DNA of 64,000 nucleotides, from assembly GCF_018977255.1 (NCBI RefSeq), contig NW_024704743.1, positions 60,018,001-60,082,000 of the forward strand, read 5' to 3'. The notes below the pieces were generated by a model. That model saw nothing but the letters and a program-made list of their open reading frames with translations, was not told the origin of the DNA and did not search any database. Positions 50,014-64,000 of the stretch are shown in pieces. The position numbers were made by a program, and so were the translations under genes. Source of the DNA: Callorhinchus milii (lineage: Eukaryota). Positions within the stretch are counted from its first letter, which is position 1; every line of letters starts with the position of its first letter.

Positions 50014-52029
50014 CTGCAAATCAAAGATTCTGGATGGTAACATGATCTTTATTGGAGGAGCCTTGCATTTGATTTAAATTTAAACTCAAGCATATTATTT
50101 GTCTCCCAATTTCCCCTCCTTTAAAACTTGCTTAAAGCAGTAGGAGGGGTGTGGACCTGAAACAAGCAATTATGTTTCAGGAATGAGCTTCAGAAGCATA
50201 GCCTCGTCTGGAGGTGAGGATATTTCTTTGTCAAGACTAGTTACTAGTCTGTATTTCGCTTAATTTATTTTCTAAAAGGAAATTCCATTGTAGTGCTTTA
50301 TTTGGGTATTTTCATAAAGGAAAAATCATCTTATGGATGTATATTCCTATGACTATAAAATTAGATATTTATGTAATTGGAGTGCCTTTCTTATTGTAAT
50401 GTGAGGTTTTATAGGTTAAAATAATCTCAAAAAGGAATATTTGTGTAGGATCCCCTCTTTAATGACATCTTAGTGCTCTAGGAAAGTGCTGTCTCTGTCC
50501 TTGTTGGTGAGGTCACTGGAGCAGAATTCATGATGGACTGTCATTTTAATTTCCCCCTGTTCATCTTTTGTTCAAGACAGTGAGCAGTTCACTTATCATT
50601 TATTTGGCTTCTATCACCATGATATCAGGTGGGGGACTGTGTCAGCAAACTGGAATTCAAATACACCTCCTCCTACACTGTAGAACTACATATTACGACT
50701 ACCCAATTTGATAAAATGCAAGCCTGTTTTTTTTTAAAAAAGACTAAATTGTCAGCCCAGTTCAGCTGGTCAAGTCACTGCCTATTGCAGAACTGAGCGT
50801 TAGAAATCCAGAAGGTGATATTTGCAATCTCTGGTTTGTCCTGAGTCACCTGATCTCAAATGAGGTAACAGTAGAGGAAGGCATGTCTATGGTTGATGTT
50901 AATGGTGTTCTATAATCGGAGATTAATCCAATTAACCCCTTGGCCTTCTGTTCTAGAACAGCACAAATTTGCAGATTAGCTGCACCAACACTCGCAAGAT
51001 TCCAACCAGATTTTACTACAGCAGCTTGAAGTTTAAGTTAATTAATAAATCTGATTAGTATATTTTGAAGAATTCGCAGAATATCTAGCTGATTTCTTTA
51101 GGGATAGCCTAATAGGGAGTAACATCTTTATATATCATTAATGTTGCTTTCAATTTGACAGTAATTCCACCATTTTTGTTTCACATGCTTAGGCTGACAC
51201 ATAGCATAGTTCACCTTCAAATGAGCAAACTATAATGCCAATTAGTTCCTGAATGTGTCATCTGGATTTCAAAACGACAAATCTGCTCCACTTTGTAACA
51301 TTGATTTGAGTATGAAATTTCTCTTGCAGGAAAAAAAACATTGGGAGAGGGGAAAGAGATATGTATACAGTGGAAAGGTATGCTGAGTAAAAGAAATTTC
51401 AGCCATTCCTGACAGTGTTATTATGCGTAGGCTGCAAATTTTAAAGCAACTCTTCAACAACAAGGAAAGCTGGAACTGTGGGGTTAAATAAATGTTCAGT
51501 GCTCAGAATGTACTTTCGAATGACAAGCAGACTACAGCTTATTAAGTCAAGTCAGTGCAAATAGGCTACATGTTATGATAAAAATGTTAAATAACCAGAT
51601 TCACATTAAGTTTAGAGATCTATATTATATAACCTTGCTTCTTTGTAAATTAATCCTCTACTTATCAGTGGATTTGGGTCTAGCAATTTATTTGACAATT
51701 TCCTGGTTCAGGAAGGATGATATCAAATGGTTTGAGGAGCCTTCTTCATCTAAACCTCTTGTGAAACATGGGAGATTATACCAATCCCCTGGAAAATAGG
51801 TGTTTTCACAGCATGGCCATAACCTCAATCTTTGCTATCCTGCACGAAGGGCAATATATGTTTCTGTAGTTTTGATTCTCTTACAATTAACAATTTTTTT
51901 TTAGAGATACCTTTATTTCTAAAATATGTGTCAAAGGTTCGAGAAATATCCTTTAATTATAACTATTTGATAGTATTTTAAAAATATTTAACTAGGCAAA
52001 TAGCAGATTTGGTAAATACTAACTTGTAG

Positions 52030-52412
52030 AAAAGGTTAAGAGGAGTTTTCAAAATTATGAGGGGATTTGATAGGGTGAACAAGTAGAAATTATTTTCACT
52101 GGCGGGTGGGTCGGTAACCCGAGGACACTGATTTAAAATAGTTGTTAGAAGAAACAAAGGGGAGGTGAGGAGAAATTTGTTCACACAGCGAGTTGTTGGA
52201 ACCTGGAATGCATTGCCTGAAAGGGTGGTGGAAGCCGATTCGATAACAACTTTTAAGAGAGAAGTAGATAATTATTTGAGGAGGACATGTTTGCAGGGCT
52301 GTGGGGAGAGACTGGGGGAGTGGGATTGAACTGGACAGCTCTTTTCAAAGAGCTGGCACAGACACAATGGGCCGAATGGCCTCCTTCTGTGCTGTATAAT
52401 TTGATTCTATGA
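52030..52412 (+). mobile_element. 3' fragment of a second CR1 family; related minus-strand piece at ~23287-23460
   Basis: Degenerate ORF2 end and tail GGGCCGAATGGCCTCCTTCTGTGCTGTA..ATTCTATGAT. Confidence 0.8.
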
Positions 52413-55400
52413 TATAGTGTAATCAGTTTTGTGATATCAGCTCATGCCCGCTAGTAATAATCTATAAAATAGATAAGCAAAACAGATGTGCAACTTCTCC
52501 TGATATAGTCAGTCCCAGTATATTTTCAGTAAACTGAAATCTTCATGCTGATAGTCTCTTTGAGCTGTTTAGACTGATTACTTTGCAGGCTCACAAGATT
52601 CGATCGGATGAAGAAGGCCCTTCAGCCCATTTGATCTCAATCTTCTGGAAAACCCATCCTAACAGAGTAAATGGGAGAACTGATGCAACATTAATGAATT
52701 CACACTTTCCTTACCAGTGTGGATATAATCCTCAGTACCATCTGGTGCAGCTTTAATTTCAAAAATCGTATACTATCTCTAACTGGGTCAAGTGAGTTCA
52801 GAATTCAAATGACTTGAAATCCATTCTGGTATTTTTCCCTCCCATTTTGAATGAAACCTTCACATGACGTTTGTTTTAAGAACAGGCCTAACAACTTAAA
52901 GCCTGAAATTGAATGAAAATGGATACCTGAATCAGAATTCTTGATTTAGATTCATCTGCTGTGGGCAAGATAACTTCACTTTGTGTCTGTTTATAACATG
53001 GCTGTCCTGCGAATGTAAGCAGGAAGTCGCCCTGTCCACCCTGAAGTGACGTCAGTGGTAACCTGACAACCCAGAAGAGGGACAGGCAGCCTTTTTTTCT
53101 AATGGACCCATCATAACAGTGTCTAATTTTATCGACCCAAAACACTGTGTTAAAACCTTTATATGGTTTTAAAGGAAACGTAGACTGATAACATGCTATG
53201 CTTAGATTTACTTTATTAGATTATTGCAGAGTTTAGTAAAATAGCCCACAAATTATTAATGATTTTAATTTGAGTATCTCAAGAGTCATATATGAATTAA
53301 ACATTAACACATATTTGAAGTGCCATCATTCAGATGTTAAAATCAAGGTTCCACCTGTCTATTTAGGTGGACATGAGAGAACCCTTAGATTTGTTTAAAA
53401 AGAGAAGGCAGTTTCTTCCAGTGAGCTGACCAGCAAGTCCCCATATATTTAAAAAGAGGGTCATTTTCTTCATGGCTGTTTGTGGGCCATTTTTAGATGC
53501 AAAAGATTGCCTTGTTGGCCTACCAATATACAATCTCTACACTATGCAGTAATTCAACAGGTTGAGATTTTTGACAACATGATAAGGCACTCCATGAAAT
53601 ACCAAGTTTATTATTATATCATTGGGTACAATTGTGTTATTAGAGACTACCTACAGGAATATGATTCTAATAAATAATAATAATCCCTGCATTTGATATA
53701 GCGTCTTATCACGTCTTTGGGACGTATCAAAGCGCTTCTCAGAAGATACTGTAAAGTGAATTGACTGTATATGTTGTGGGTGAAATTTGATTACATAAAC
53801 ATTCTTTATATCCACAGTTTATAAATACTCATAACAGGTTCACTATCAATCTTCAGAAATACCTAGCAGTCTAATATTTTGATCATAGATTGGTGGTGCA
53901 GCAGATCAATCCATAGTATGTAGCCTTGAATTCATGATTCGCTATATCATGCATATCTAGTGGTAACTAGATTGTTTGCGAGAGACTATTTAGATTGTTT
54001 GCGAGAAACATTTAGGTCATTTAGAAATTATTAGTCATACATCCTATAGTTTTTACTACAAACAGCTATTTTTAGTAATTGCTTGGGAATAAGCCACTTG
54101 TGTGTAATGTTGTCAATCAATGAAAAAAAGTCAGAGACTACAACTACATTAGCTTTGAATATAAATAAAATCATTCATGTTTACTCATTAAGAAATTGGA
54201 AAACAATACTTGTGAAGGATAGCTTACTAACTACATTTTTTAAAATCTCAACATAGTAGGTTCAGGCTATCTGCTAATGTTCTAAACTGTGTCAAGCTGT
54301 TTCTGTGATCAACCAGTTCTGTCTTCCAATCCAACATCTAAACAGCACAACTGTACATTCTCGTACTTCAAACTCAAATTTAAATATATACAAAAACATT
54401 AGCTTTGTTTTTCTTCCAGGGACAGGCCTCCCTTTCTTCTACTAAATTGGTCAATGGTAACCTGTCAGCTCTGTGACGTGTTTTGCAGGTTTTGATAATT
54501 TGAAAATAGTAAGACTTTTATCCAGTTGTCTGTTTCCGTGAGTGTGGTTCAGTTTATAATTGTTGGAAGCCGCAGTTCAATAACGCTTCTTGAAAAACAA
54601 ATCATTTTTGCCACAATACAAACACTAAACAACATGATTACATAACTATTCTAGTATGATTCCAAACCTCAAACAGTTACAGAAATTATTTATGGAAGCG
54701 GTTATAAAGCCGAAGAGGTTATAAAGCCAAAAACATATTTTTAATAGTAACAGCTTCTAGAATTCAAATCAACTAATTAAAGCAGATCAAAGAGTATCCC
54801 ACCACAAGTTTTAGTATTAGTAATGATTGACAATCAATACAATACAGTTGAACATAAACTAAATATCATACCACATTATAAGAATAATGGAAGAATGATG
54901 GCCAGGACAAATGGGTCTGTTAAAAAGAAACAGCAGAAGGATGGAATGAGTTCAGCCATAAGTATTACTACATGCACTTGTACAATAAGGTTTATTAAAA
55001 ACACAAGCAATGAAACAAAAACAGGGGACATATGTTAATAGCACAAACAAAACATGGCGTTGGGGGGGGGCAGAAAACATTATTAGTAGCGAACATCCCT
55101 CATGCAGTATAATCTGATACTGTATGTGATTTTACTTCAACTAGTATTGCTATTTTACTGTATTTCCCATCAACAATAGCTCACGACAGTACATACATTT
55201 TAAAAAAGCACACTTCCCAAGTCAGGCCGATGGGAATGCAAAATCAATAATCAATGGACTGTATAAAACATTGTTTGGCATGGGTTCATACTCAAGATTC
55301 TCCATATACTGTATTAAATTTCTGCAACTGGTCTGGAGCCAGATAAATAAGGAAAAAGCAGCTTCGACTGGAGACGTAATCCTTTCTGCATAGATTCACC

Positions 55401-57024
55401 TGCTCCTCCCAGCACTGGTAGCACTATTCCTGCTAAGATGGAAGGAATGTTCCAAATGGGTAATAGTGCCCTTCATCACTGGATGGAAAATATTGCTGAC
55501 AGAATATACTACTCAACAGCGCAGCCATATTACCTTGAATGCTGATTACAGTCAATTTTAAATAATATTTAAAAACTCATTTATGTGATTCTATTTTTTT
55601 TCCTTCTTTGATTAAAAAAAATCAGACAAAAGAAACCATAATAAAGCTCATGCTCCGGTGACTTTCAACATGTTTTGAATGTTTCTACTAATTCTACACC
55701 AGGTAGCACATTTTTGTGTTGTGAACTAGTGAATGCAGGCAACTGAAATTAGGACAAATAACAATTAGAGACGATGATGTTTTTCTCCTTTAGTTTGGAT
55801 TTGAATCTAAACAGAATAACAAAGGTCACTGTTGTATTCCATTGTCCTTTCCAGTCCAAAGACTGTAAAATGAACCTGTAATTACAGTTGTCCATGGTAG
55901 AAGCTAGATAAAAATGACCTGTTCAATAAACATATATCTGTTATCCAGTTTTAAGCTTTTAGGGAAGGCATAAATGGCAAAAACATACACAATCAAATAC
56001 TGTATATTATTCTTCCCATTTGTACATTTACTGACCTTTACCAGTTTATATTTAGAATCAAATTTTCCATCAGAGAAAAGGAGCAATAATAAAGCCCATG
56101 ATTCAACATCTGTCTTGAACTTATCCCATTATAAAGCCACATTGCCTGAGGCTGGTAAAATTATCGACAAGTGGAGAATTTCACTGACTCTTGTGGACAA
56201 AATTGGGTATTTTATCAACAAGTGGAAAATAACCGGCACAGATCTCATCTGGTTCTTCAACTCAATGCTTTTCCAAGTAAAAGAGACGGAATCCAGTCAC
56301 AATAAAAAAGGAAATGGTAATGTGCTAAGACCACACACAGATTCGAAAACATTAAAACAGGACATTCAGCTCAACTTGTCTGTGCCGATATTTCCATACC
56401 ATTCTTAATCCCCCTCCCTAGTTTCCCGCTATAGCACTCTACTCCTTTTCCCTCATATGTACTTCTGCTCCAGAAACTTGAACAAGAGTTAAGAAAAACC
56501 ACAGTAAGCATATATAACCATAGGTGCATGTCTAGAAAAAACATGGGGAAACTGTGGCCTTAAGAATTCAATGTTTTTTATTTGTTGGGCCAATTATGAT
56601 AAATATCATTGTCAGTTTTACAGCACACTGGAATATATCAGTTTAGTTTAGATATCAATTCACAGATTCAAATTCAGAGCTTTATGAAGTATGTTTTGCA
56701 GTTTTCTAACAGGGATGCAAGAAAATATTTGGATTCTAGTGCAGTCATATGCAAAATTTATACACTATTCATCAATAGAATGGCCCACCAGTGAAAATTT
56801 ACCCCCTTTGAAAATTAAACCGATTGAGAAGATCAAAACTGATTAAATATTATATTTTACATACACCATTTTGTCTGAAGAAACTATGCATTCTAAGTTA
56901 CACATCAAATGTACCTGTATATTTTACAATTTAAACTCTGGTATGTTCTAGTGTGCTGGAAAACTGCCAATGATAACTGTCATAACAAAGATGCTTCACA
57001 CTCATACAAGATGATGCAATTTAC

Positions 57025-57220
57025 CTTCGACCTTAGTTTGTCTGGACTTAGGCTCTCCGAAGAAGGTTCAGTTGAGCTACAGGGAGATGGCAGATTACTA
57101 GAAGAGTTGGATCCTTTAGTGCTTTCTCCAAACCAGGAAAAAGGTACACAGGGTGGGATGGATGAAGATGCTTCTATGGAGGTGTTGCTGGCTGAGCTTT
57201 CCAGTGTTTCCTTGGAGATC
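57025..57220 (-). CDS. PPP1R9A: Neurabin-1 internal exon (196 nt)
   Basis: AAGCAG|G; ISKETLESSASNTSIEASSSIPPCVPFSWFGESTKGS..DKLRSK (PCxPFSWF motif); donor AAG|GTAAAT. Confidence 0.88.
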
Positions 57221-57834
57221 CTGCTTAATATACAAGTAAAATGTTTATGAAAACAGTGCCCTTCGAAGGATCAATAAAACATGCTTCACTTTTCTCAATA
57301 TTCCAGGTCACTCGGTTAAATGAGCTTTGGTCAAAAGTTTAGAAGTTCAAATCTTTTCATCTTTGTGAGGTCAATAAATAGTGCAGCACAGTGTCTAAAA
57401 GATAGCCTCCTTGGAAGGAGGTATGAAGCAGCATCTTCCAGTGGTGCAATAGAATACAAATCTGGCAAAAACAGGCAGTGTACTACTGAAAATAGAATTC
57501 CAATCAGGAAACCTTTGAAAGAATCCAGCGAATATAAAATATCGGTTTTAGTTTTACAAGAAAGTCAACCATATTTCAATTTTAATTTAAATTTTAATTG
57601 AAATAATAATAAACTTTGCTTTTGATGTCATTGAAAATGTTTCAAAGCACTTCACAGGATTTTAACTGTGAAGTGTAGTGACTGTATTTGTAGGAAAATG
57701 TAGAGGCCAATTTGCACACAGCAATGTCATGCACCAGTCATGAATAGAAGAACCAAAGTTTTTGTGTCTTTCAGATTTGTTGGGAAGGAAACTGGGAGAA
57801 ACTCGGTTCTCTTTTTGAATACTTATCTCGGCCA

Positions 57835-58936
57835 ATGATTTCTCCTCTTGCCCCCGCCCAGTCACTTGTAGGGTACCCCAGGGCTCCATCCTTGGCCCTC
57901 TTCTTTTCCTTATCTATATACTCCCATTGGGCGATGTCATCCACAGACACGGGGTAAACTTCCACATGTATGTGGATGACACACAAATCTACTTTGCCTC
58001 CTCCAGTACCAAGTCCAGGTCCACTGATGTCCTATCAGCTTGTCTGGCAGACATCAAGGCCTGGATGAGTGCAAACTTCCTGCAGCTGAATGTGGACAAG
58101 TGGAAGCCATACTCCTTGGCTCCCGTCAACGTCTTCACTCCTGTGGATCTGAACTCCTCAACCTCCTTGGACTCTCCATCACACTCACCAAACCAGTGCG
58201 CAATCTAGGCATCCAGTTCAACCCCCAGCTGTGCTTCCTCCCCCACATCAGGATCACCTTCTTCCACCTCCGCCACATTGCCCGCTTCTGACCGTACCTT
58301 ACCCCAAAATGCAGCCAAAACCCTCGTGCATGCGTTTGTCACCTCCCGCCTGGATAAATCAAAACGCACTCCTCGCCGGTCTCCCTAGCTCCACTATTCA
58401 AAAAATCCAGCTCATTCAGAACTCTGTCGCCTGTAATACTTACCTGGACCCAACGCGTCCCCACATCTCACCAGTCAGTGTCTTGGGACATCCTCCCGAC
58501 ATGAAAGGTGCTATACAAATGTAATTTTGTTGTTGTTCTGGCCAGGCTCCACTGGCTTCCCATCACCAAACGGATTGACTTCAAGATCCTCACACTTGTG
58601 TTCAAATCCTTCACGCTCTGGTACCTCCCTTCCTCTCCGACCCCCTCACTCCCCAATCCACTACCCGGCGCCTCTGTTCGACTGGCACCGGCCTCCTGCT
58701 CGTCCCTTGCACCCTTCTCCCCACCATCAGAGGTCACGTTTTCAGCCAATATGCCCCAAAACACTATCCCTCAATCCCTCCAACTTGTCCCCACTCTCCC
58801 CTTTTTCAAGTCCTGCCTGAACACCTTCCTCTTCGACCGTGCTTACGGCCACCTCCCTCCACCCCTCGGCTCGGAATCAGGCTTCGTCATTGTTAAGTGC
58901 TCTGCGGGGAGGGCGCTATATAAGTGCATGTTGTTG
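57835..58936 (+). mobile_element. L2 3' fragment with a nested L2 tail (~58475-58538)
   Basis: [44 protein letters not shown]. Confidence 0.9.
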
Positions 58937-59234
58937 ACATGGTGCCATGTGATCTTTAACATCCTCTGGAATAGGCAATTAGGACCTTGGTTTTACAATA
59001 CAAGTTTACATTCATATAGCGCGTTTCACCTCAGGAGGATGTCTTAGCTGAAGGGTGGCACTTCTAACAATGCAACACTTCCCCAGCATTGTTTTAGAGT
59101 GCCCAGGTAGTTGATCCCACAGCCTTCAGACCCAGAGGCAAGCGTGTTATCAAATGAGCTTGGCTGACACCTTGGTTAAAATGGTTCTGACTTTTAAAAA
59201 TATAACAATTTTAGATTGACTCAACAAGTCTATC

Positions 59235-59680
59235 ATCCCCATTTTCGCCTGGCTTCACTCCCCCAGCGGATCATGTTCAAGATCCCTGTCCAACCTCCAT
59301 GATCTTGCCCCACAATACCTCTCGACCTCCTCAAATCCTACCAATCTGGCCATTCCCTCCGCTGAGCAGGCACTGGCCTGCTTCTTGTCCTCCACCATAC
59401 CCGCCTCACCATTAGCAATTTCAAAGCTTTTGAAAGCCAAACTGCTGATGGTGGTACTCTTTGGAATTCCATCCCAGAATCCCTTAGATTTACTCCTTCC
59501 CTCACCTCCTTTAAGGTCTGCCTCAAGACCTTCCTCTTTTGGCCATCATTCTCCCCGACCCTGGGCTCCCACCACCTCGGCCCCTACCACTAGCTTGCGT
59601 GCAAACCCTGGACTGCCCAGTACCTTGGGACGTCCTCCCAGCATGAAAGGCATTGTATAAATGTAAATTTGTATTGCAAT
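59235..59680 (+). mobile_element. Old L2 3' fragment
   Basis: Degenerate ORF2 end plus GGGACGTCCTCCCAGCATGAAAGG tail. Confidence 0.75.
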
Positions 59681-60681
59681 TATTAGTTTGCAAGCCTTCA
59701 CACGCCTTTCTCAAATTCAATATTCCTGTAACATGTTAAAAATGCAAGTTCTTCCTTTCTGAAAATATACATTCAATTCACTTTACAGTATGTTCTGTGA
59801 AGTGCTTTGAGATGCTCAAAGACGTGATAAGACACTGTATCAAATGCTAGGATTATTATTATTATTCTTGTTTATATATTTTGCTGATGTTTTGCATGTC
59901 CTGGATATTTTAACCAATAAGGACAAACACACTCAAGAGTGATTCTAACTGTAGGCTTCAGTGATATTTGTGCTTCTTGGAATGTTTATAACACAAAAAG
60001 TGATAGCTAGTAGAAATATATCTTTGATTCTTTTTGAATCCTTCCAAATTGTTTTGCAAGTCCTCCACTTCATCAATCTACCCTGTCCATCAAATTGAGG
60101 GGCACAAAAAATACCTTTAAAAATGATGTCGCTCGTCGACCAAGATCTTATTTTAAAAATATAGAAGTAAAAAATGCAACATGTGATTTGCTAACTTTGC
60201 TTGTGATAATCAGCACATCATAGAAAATGTATTGATTGTTCATGAGTGCCTCTTATCTCTCATCACAATGGCCAAGTTTGAAGCAAGCCCATAATTTATC
60301 AATATAATACGTTAGACTTTCTGACTTGTGGCCTTCAGGTTAGCAGGATACAAAGTTAATTCACCAGATGAAAAAATAATTAAGCTGGTATCCTGTAAAA
60401 TAGCAATTCTATATCACAATTCGTAGGTTGGGGAGAAAAATGGCACCGGGTGGGCCTACTTTTGAGCTCAGTCATCGTGACAAACAAAGGCAGAATTTTC
60501 TATGATGTGACAGCAATACTTAGTATATAGACAGCTATCACATCATAGAACGTAAAAATGTAAAACATATAAAATAATTTATTGATAATGCACACTTTTC
60601 TATTTTTGTCCCCACATTTTATTAAATCTGTAAGCCAAACTTTGGTGAATTGTATTGCCTTCCTGTAGCACTTCAGTATAC

Positions 60682-60765
60682 CTGCTTCCTGAGGAGAGCC
60701 TATTTGTTTCTTTTTCTTTCTCCTTTTCTTTTTTTCCTTTACTGGATGTTCTTCGTGGGGTAACT
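60682..60765 (-). CDS. PPP1R9A: Neurabin-1 internal exon (84 nt)
   Basis: CATAG|A; VTPRRTSSKGKKEKEKEKETNRLSSGS resembles recalled human APLRRNSSKGKKWKEKEKEASRFSAGSR; donor AG|GTATAC. Confidence 0.88.
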
Positions 60766-61306
60766 CTATGATGAATTACAAGCAAGTAATCTGCATTAAT
60801 GCTAGCTTCATAAATCTATGTAAATTCATGTTTTTCCACTACTATTTCAGTATTTGTCCATAAATGCCAAATTCAGATGAATACAGTATTTGATCTTTTT
60901 GAATTTTTCATATATTGATCGAAGGAAATACGTCAAGACGATATTCCTGGAATTTCATGATGGTAAAGAGGTCTTACAGTGTAAATTGTGTAGGCATAAT
61001 GTATCAAGTTATTCCAACCTTCTTTCTCCTGCATTTTTATCTTGACTATAAATTGATTTGGGCACACGTTATGTGCTTGCTAGATGTAAACAATATACAG
61101 GAACTATTTTTTCATTTCTTTGCCCCATGTCAGGTAGCAATAAATTTATGGCACAATGTCCAATGATCAAAATAGCTATCTGTAAAGATTTACCTAACGG
61201 ATATGGAACAGTGATTTCTTTGTGCAATAATTTACTTGTACAATGGGTTGAATGGCCCAATCTCTAGTGTAAATTTTTATTTCACATTACATTTCATGAT
61301 ATTTTA

Positions 61307-61628
61307 AATAATAATAATAATAATAATCCTTGCATTTGATATAGCGCTTTTCACGTCAGGAGGACGTCCCAAAGCGCTTCACAGAACACACTGTAAAGTG
61401 AATTGACTATATATTTGTGGGCGAATGCGGCAGCCTATTGCGCACAGCAATGTCCCACAAACAGTGGTAGATTGAAAATAACCATTTTATTATTGTTTTT
61501 GGTTTTGGAGGGATTATTATTAGGCGTGTGGAGTAAGGAAACTTACCCAAGGTTTCGCCCTGCCTGGAATTGAACTCAGGTCTCTTGCTTGCAAAGCAAG
61601 CGCTCTAACCACTGAGCTACAGGACTCC
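61307..61628 (-). mobile_element. tRNA-headed SINE, full length
   Basis: Reverse complement of the same SINE. Confidence 0.9.
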
Positions 61629-61957
61629 ATAAATGTTCAGTCAATTTACCAAACAGAAATTGGTTTAGGGTTATCCAATTCCCATATGAATTCCTTGAAA
61701 ACTTAAAATATTAACTTCACAGAACCATCTGTATAGAGATACAAAAATAGCTTACAAATAATATTCTCCCATCAAAAACAAGGTTTTTACTCTCTGAAAA
61801 CATAATCTAGTGAAATTGTTTAGTTACTGTGGCTTAGTAGCCAAATGATGCTTTAAAAAAATTACACAAGATATAGACATAGTTTGACACATAATACCCA
61901 ATAGATTATGCAATTCTATATTTTCATGAACTAAGGGAGTTATAAAGAGCAGCTTAC

Positions 61958-62042
61958 CCCAAATCATCAAATTTTCGCTTTATGTTTTCTTTCTGGAGAG
62001 GAGGACTGGTTTCCTTTGGAGAATTGACACTTTTGCTATCTT
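61958..62042 (-). CDS. PPP1R9A: Neurabin-1 internal exon (85 nt)
   Basis: TTTCCAG|AA; DSKSVNSPKETSPPLQKENIKRKFDDL; donor GG|GTAAGC; phases 1/2 fit neighbours; NAGNAG acceptor (CAGAAG). Confidence 0.85.
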
Positions 62043-62902
62043 CTGGAAACAACAACAAAAATTATGCAATGTAGAAGTGGTTTATATTTCAGAATAGTAA
62101 TTCTTTGGTAATTTACCAACACAACAATATTATCTGCAATCATTCATTCTTGCATTTCAAGTACATGATCTGACATTTGTAGCACTTGAATTCATCATCT
62201 TTCATATTTAATTTCCTCCCACAGAACTTAGGGTAATAATATGGGGGGTGGAACAAAAGTTCCTACCAGTATTATGTTGCCATGCTGCTCTTCACAGATA
62301 TTGCAATAGCAATAGACTAAATACAACTGCTGTGACTCAATAGAAGCAAACGTCATTATGAATGTAGTGCATTGAGAACATTGTTTTCTAAACTTCCCAA
62401 ACTGATCATTTATCATATTATAATTAGTTGTATTCTTGTTACATTCGTTAAACAAACCTATTATGGTACAGACATCTCAGGTGTAGCCCAGGGCTCTATC
62501 TTCTCCTATTTCTGCTTGGTTCTCTCCTATTCACCAACTACATGCTGCTACTTGGTAAAGTCATCTGCAAATGGGGGATTAGTTTCCGTATGTATGCTGT
62601 ACCTCTACTCTAACTCTACCTCTTTGGCACTACTCTAGGTTCAAAGATTGTTTTTTTTGGTCTGACAATTAGTTAATTTTAAAATAAAAAAACAAATCTA
62701 ACCATTCTATTAAGTCATGGTTATCAGACAACGGTAATAAAAATTACGAGTTCATACCAAGCAGATGTGAAAGAAAGATCTACTTCATTTTAAACTCTGC
62801 TGCAAAACAGACATTGAGATATTCATGAACAATTAATGTAACTGTTAACTACTATTACAATAACTAATAAAATAACATGTAGGAAGAACCCATGACTTTT
62901 AC

Positions 62903-63200
62903 CTTGAGGACTTTTTGCTTTAAATTGTTTGTCTACTTGATGCAGTGGAGAGATTTCAGCATCCTTGCAAGATTTTGAAGGTGATGAGGTTGGGGTTTGA
63001 GAAGACTGCTCTTTTCCTCTCAAGACATGCTGGGCAGCTTCTTCCCGGCTTCCCACGGCATTATCAAACGTGAAGACTGTATTGCTAGCAACTGGAGATA
63101 ATGAAGAGGCCCCAGAATCGGACGCTGGTGAGCATGTTCTCAGTGACAATGGGAGGGGAGATCTGGCAATTTGCACGGGACTTCCATAACTGTCTGAAGC
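62903..63200 (-). CDS. PPP1R9A: Neurabin-1 internal exon (298 nt, Ser/Pro-rich); upstream exons beyond the window end
   Basis: TTAAAG|GCT TCA; ASDSYGSPVQIARSPLPLSLRTCSPASDSGASSLSPV..KSPQ; donor CAAG|GTAAAA, phase 1. Confidence 0.82.
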
Positions 63201-63339
63201 CTTTAAGCAGTGGAGAAATAATGAAAAAAGTCAGGTGAGTTCCTGAATAATAAAGAATATCAAATATTGATATGAATGTCAGTGATAATGCTTTGAGCTT
63301 AGATGAGAAATATTACTGGCCACAGCAGGCAATTTACAG

Positions 63340-64000
63340 AAAAAACAACAAAATTACATTTACAGAGCGCCTTTCACGTTGGGAGGACGTCCCAAAGCGC
63401 TGAACAGTCAGGTGTTGGGGCCCGAGCATGGGGGAGGGTGGTGAGGGAAGGCAGAGAGGTGGGAGGGAGACCAAAGGCACAATCGAAGAGAAGGGTCTTG
63501 AGACCACCCTGAAAGAGGCAAGGGAGGAAGCGAGGCGAGGGGACCGAGGGATGGAGTTCCAGAGTGTGGGGGCAGAGAGGCTGAAAGCCCGGCCACCGAT
63601 GGTAGGGCGGGTCGGGCGGGAGACATTGAGCAGACCGGAGCCCGTTGAACGGAGGGAGGGAGTCAGCAGGTCAGAGAGGTAGGAGGGGACAAGGCCAATG
63701 CATGGCCTTAAAAGTGAGGACGAGGATCTTGAATTCGATCCTCTGAGGGATGGGGAGCCAGTAGAGTCGGGCGAGGGTGGGAGTGATGGGGTCATGGAGC
63801 CTGGTGCGTGAGAGTACACGAGCTGCAGAGTTTTGGATGATCTGCAGCTTGTGAAGGGAAGAGCTGGGAAGGCCGATGAGGAGGGAGTTCCTATAATCGA
63901 GCCTTGATGTGTCGAGTGCGTGGGTGAGGGTTTCGGCAGCCTGAGGGGTGAGGCAGTGGCGGAGTCTGGCAATGTTGCGGAGGTGGTGGTAGGCAGTGCC
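63340..64000 (-). mobile_element. L2 3' fragment running off the window end
   Basis: Reverse complement of the L2 ORF2 end ([24 protein letters not shown]) and tail. Confidence 0.9.

Noticed and set aside
52716..52825. Strong minus-strand donor (CTG|GTAAGG) suggesting a hidden exon
   Set aside because: Nearby acceptors are weak and give in-frame stops
53968..54015. Short imperfect tandem repeat TAGATTGTTTGCGAGA
   Set aside because: Two-unit local duplication; no array or spacer structure, not CRISPR-like
56909..57250. Plus-strand 113-aa ORF
   Set aside because: Antisense shadow of the PPP1R9A exon at 57025-57220

Overview
Eukaryotic vertebrate genomic DNA. The repeat complement (shark-type CR1, L2, tRNA/Deu-domain SINEs) suggests a cartilaginous fish, possibly a chimaera; this is inference. 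Three spliced genes lie in the conserved ASB4-PON-PPP1R9A order. (1) ASB4, minus strand: coding exons 1-3 at 7841-492; the SOCS-box exons fall off the left edge. (2) One complete 9-exon paraoxonase gene, plus strand, 15745-35387, 361 aa, PON2/PON3-type exon 4, with a 7-aa C-terminal extension. (3) The 3' part of PPP1R9A/neurabin-1, minus strand: 8 exons including a 24-nt microexon, the SAM-domain exons and a ~4 kb 3'UTR. All exon boundaries were read by hand, are GT-AG and have compatible phases. The rest is dense with transposable elements: young tRNA-headed SINEs with L2 tails, older Deu-domain SINEs, L2 and CR1 fragments, hAT-type non-autonomous elements, a solo LTR, and an LTR relic with a tRNA-Arg primer-binding site. 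The least explained object is a ~590-bp non-coding, hairpin-rich, oligo(A)-tailed retroposed element with a perfect 12-bp target-site duplication (TSD) at 11985-12576 and two diverged relatives in the window. Most ORFs in the supplied track are repeat-derived or spurious.
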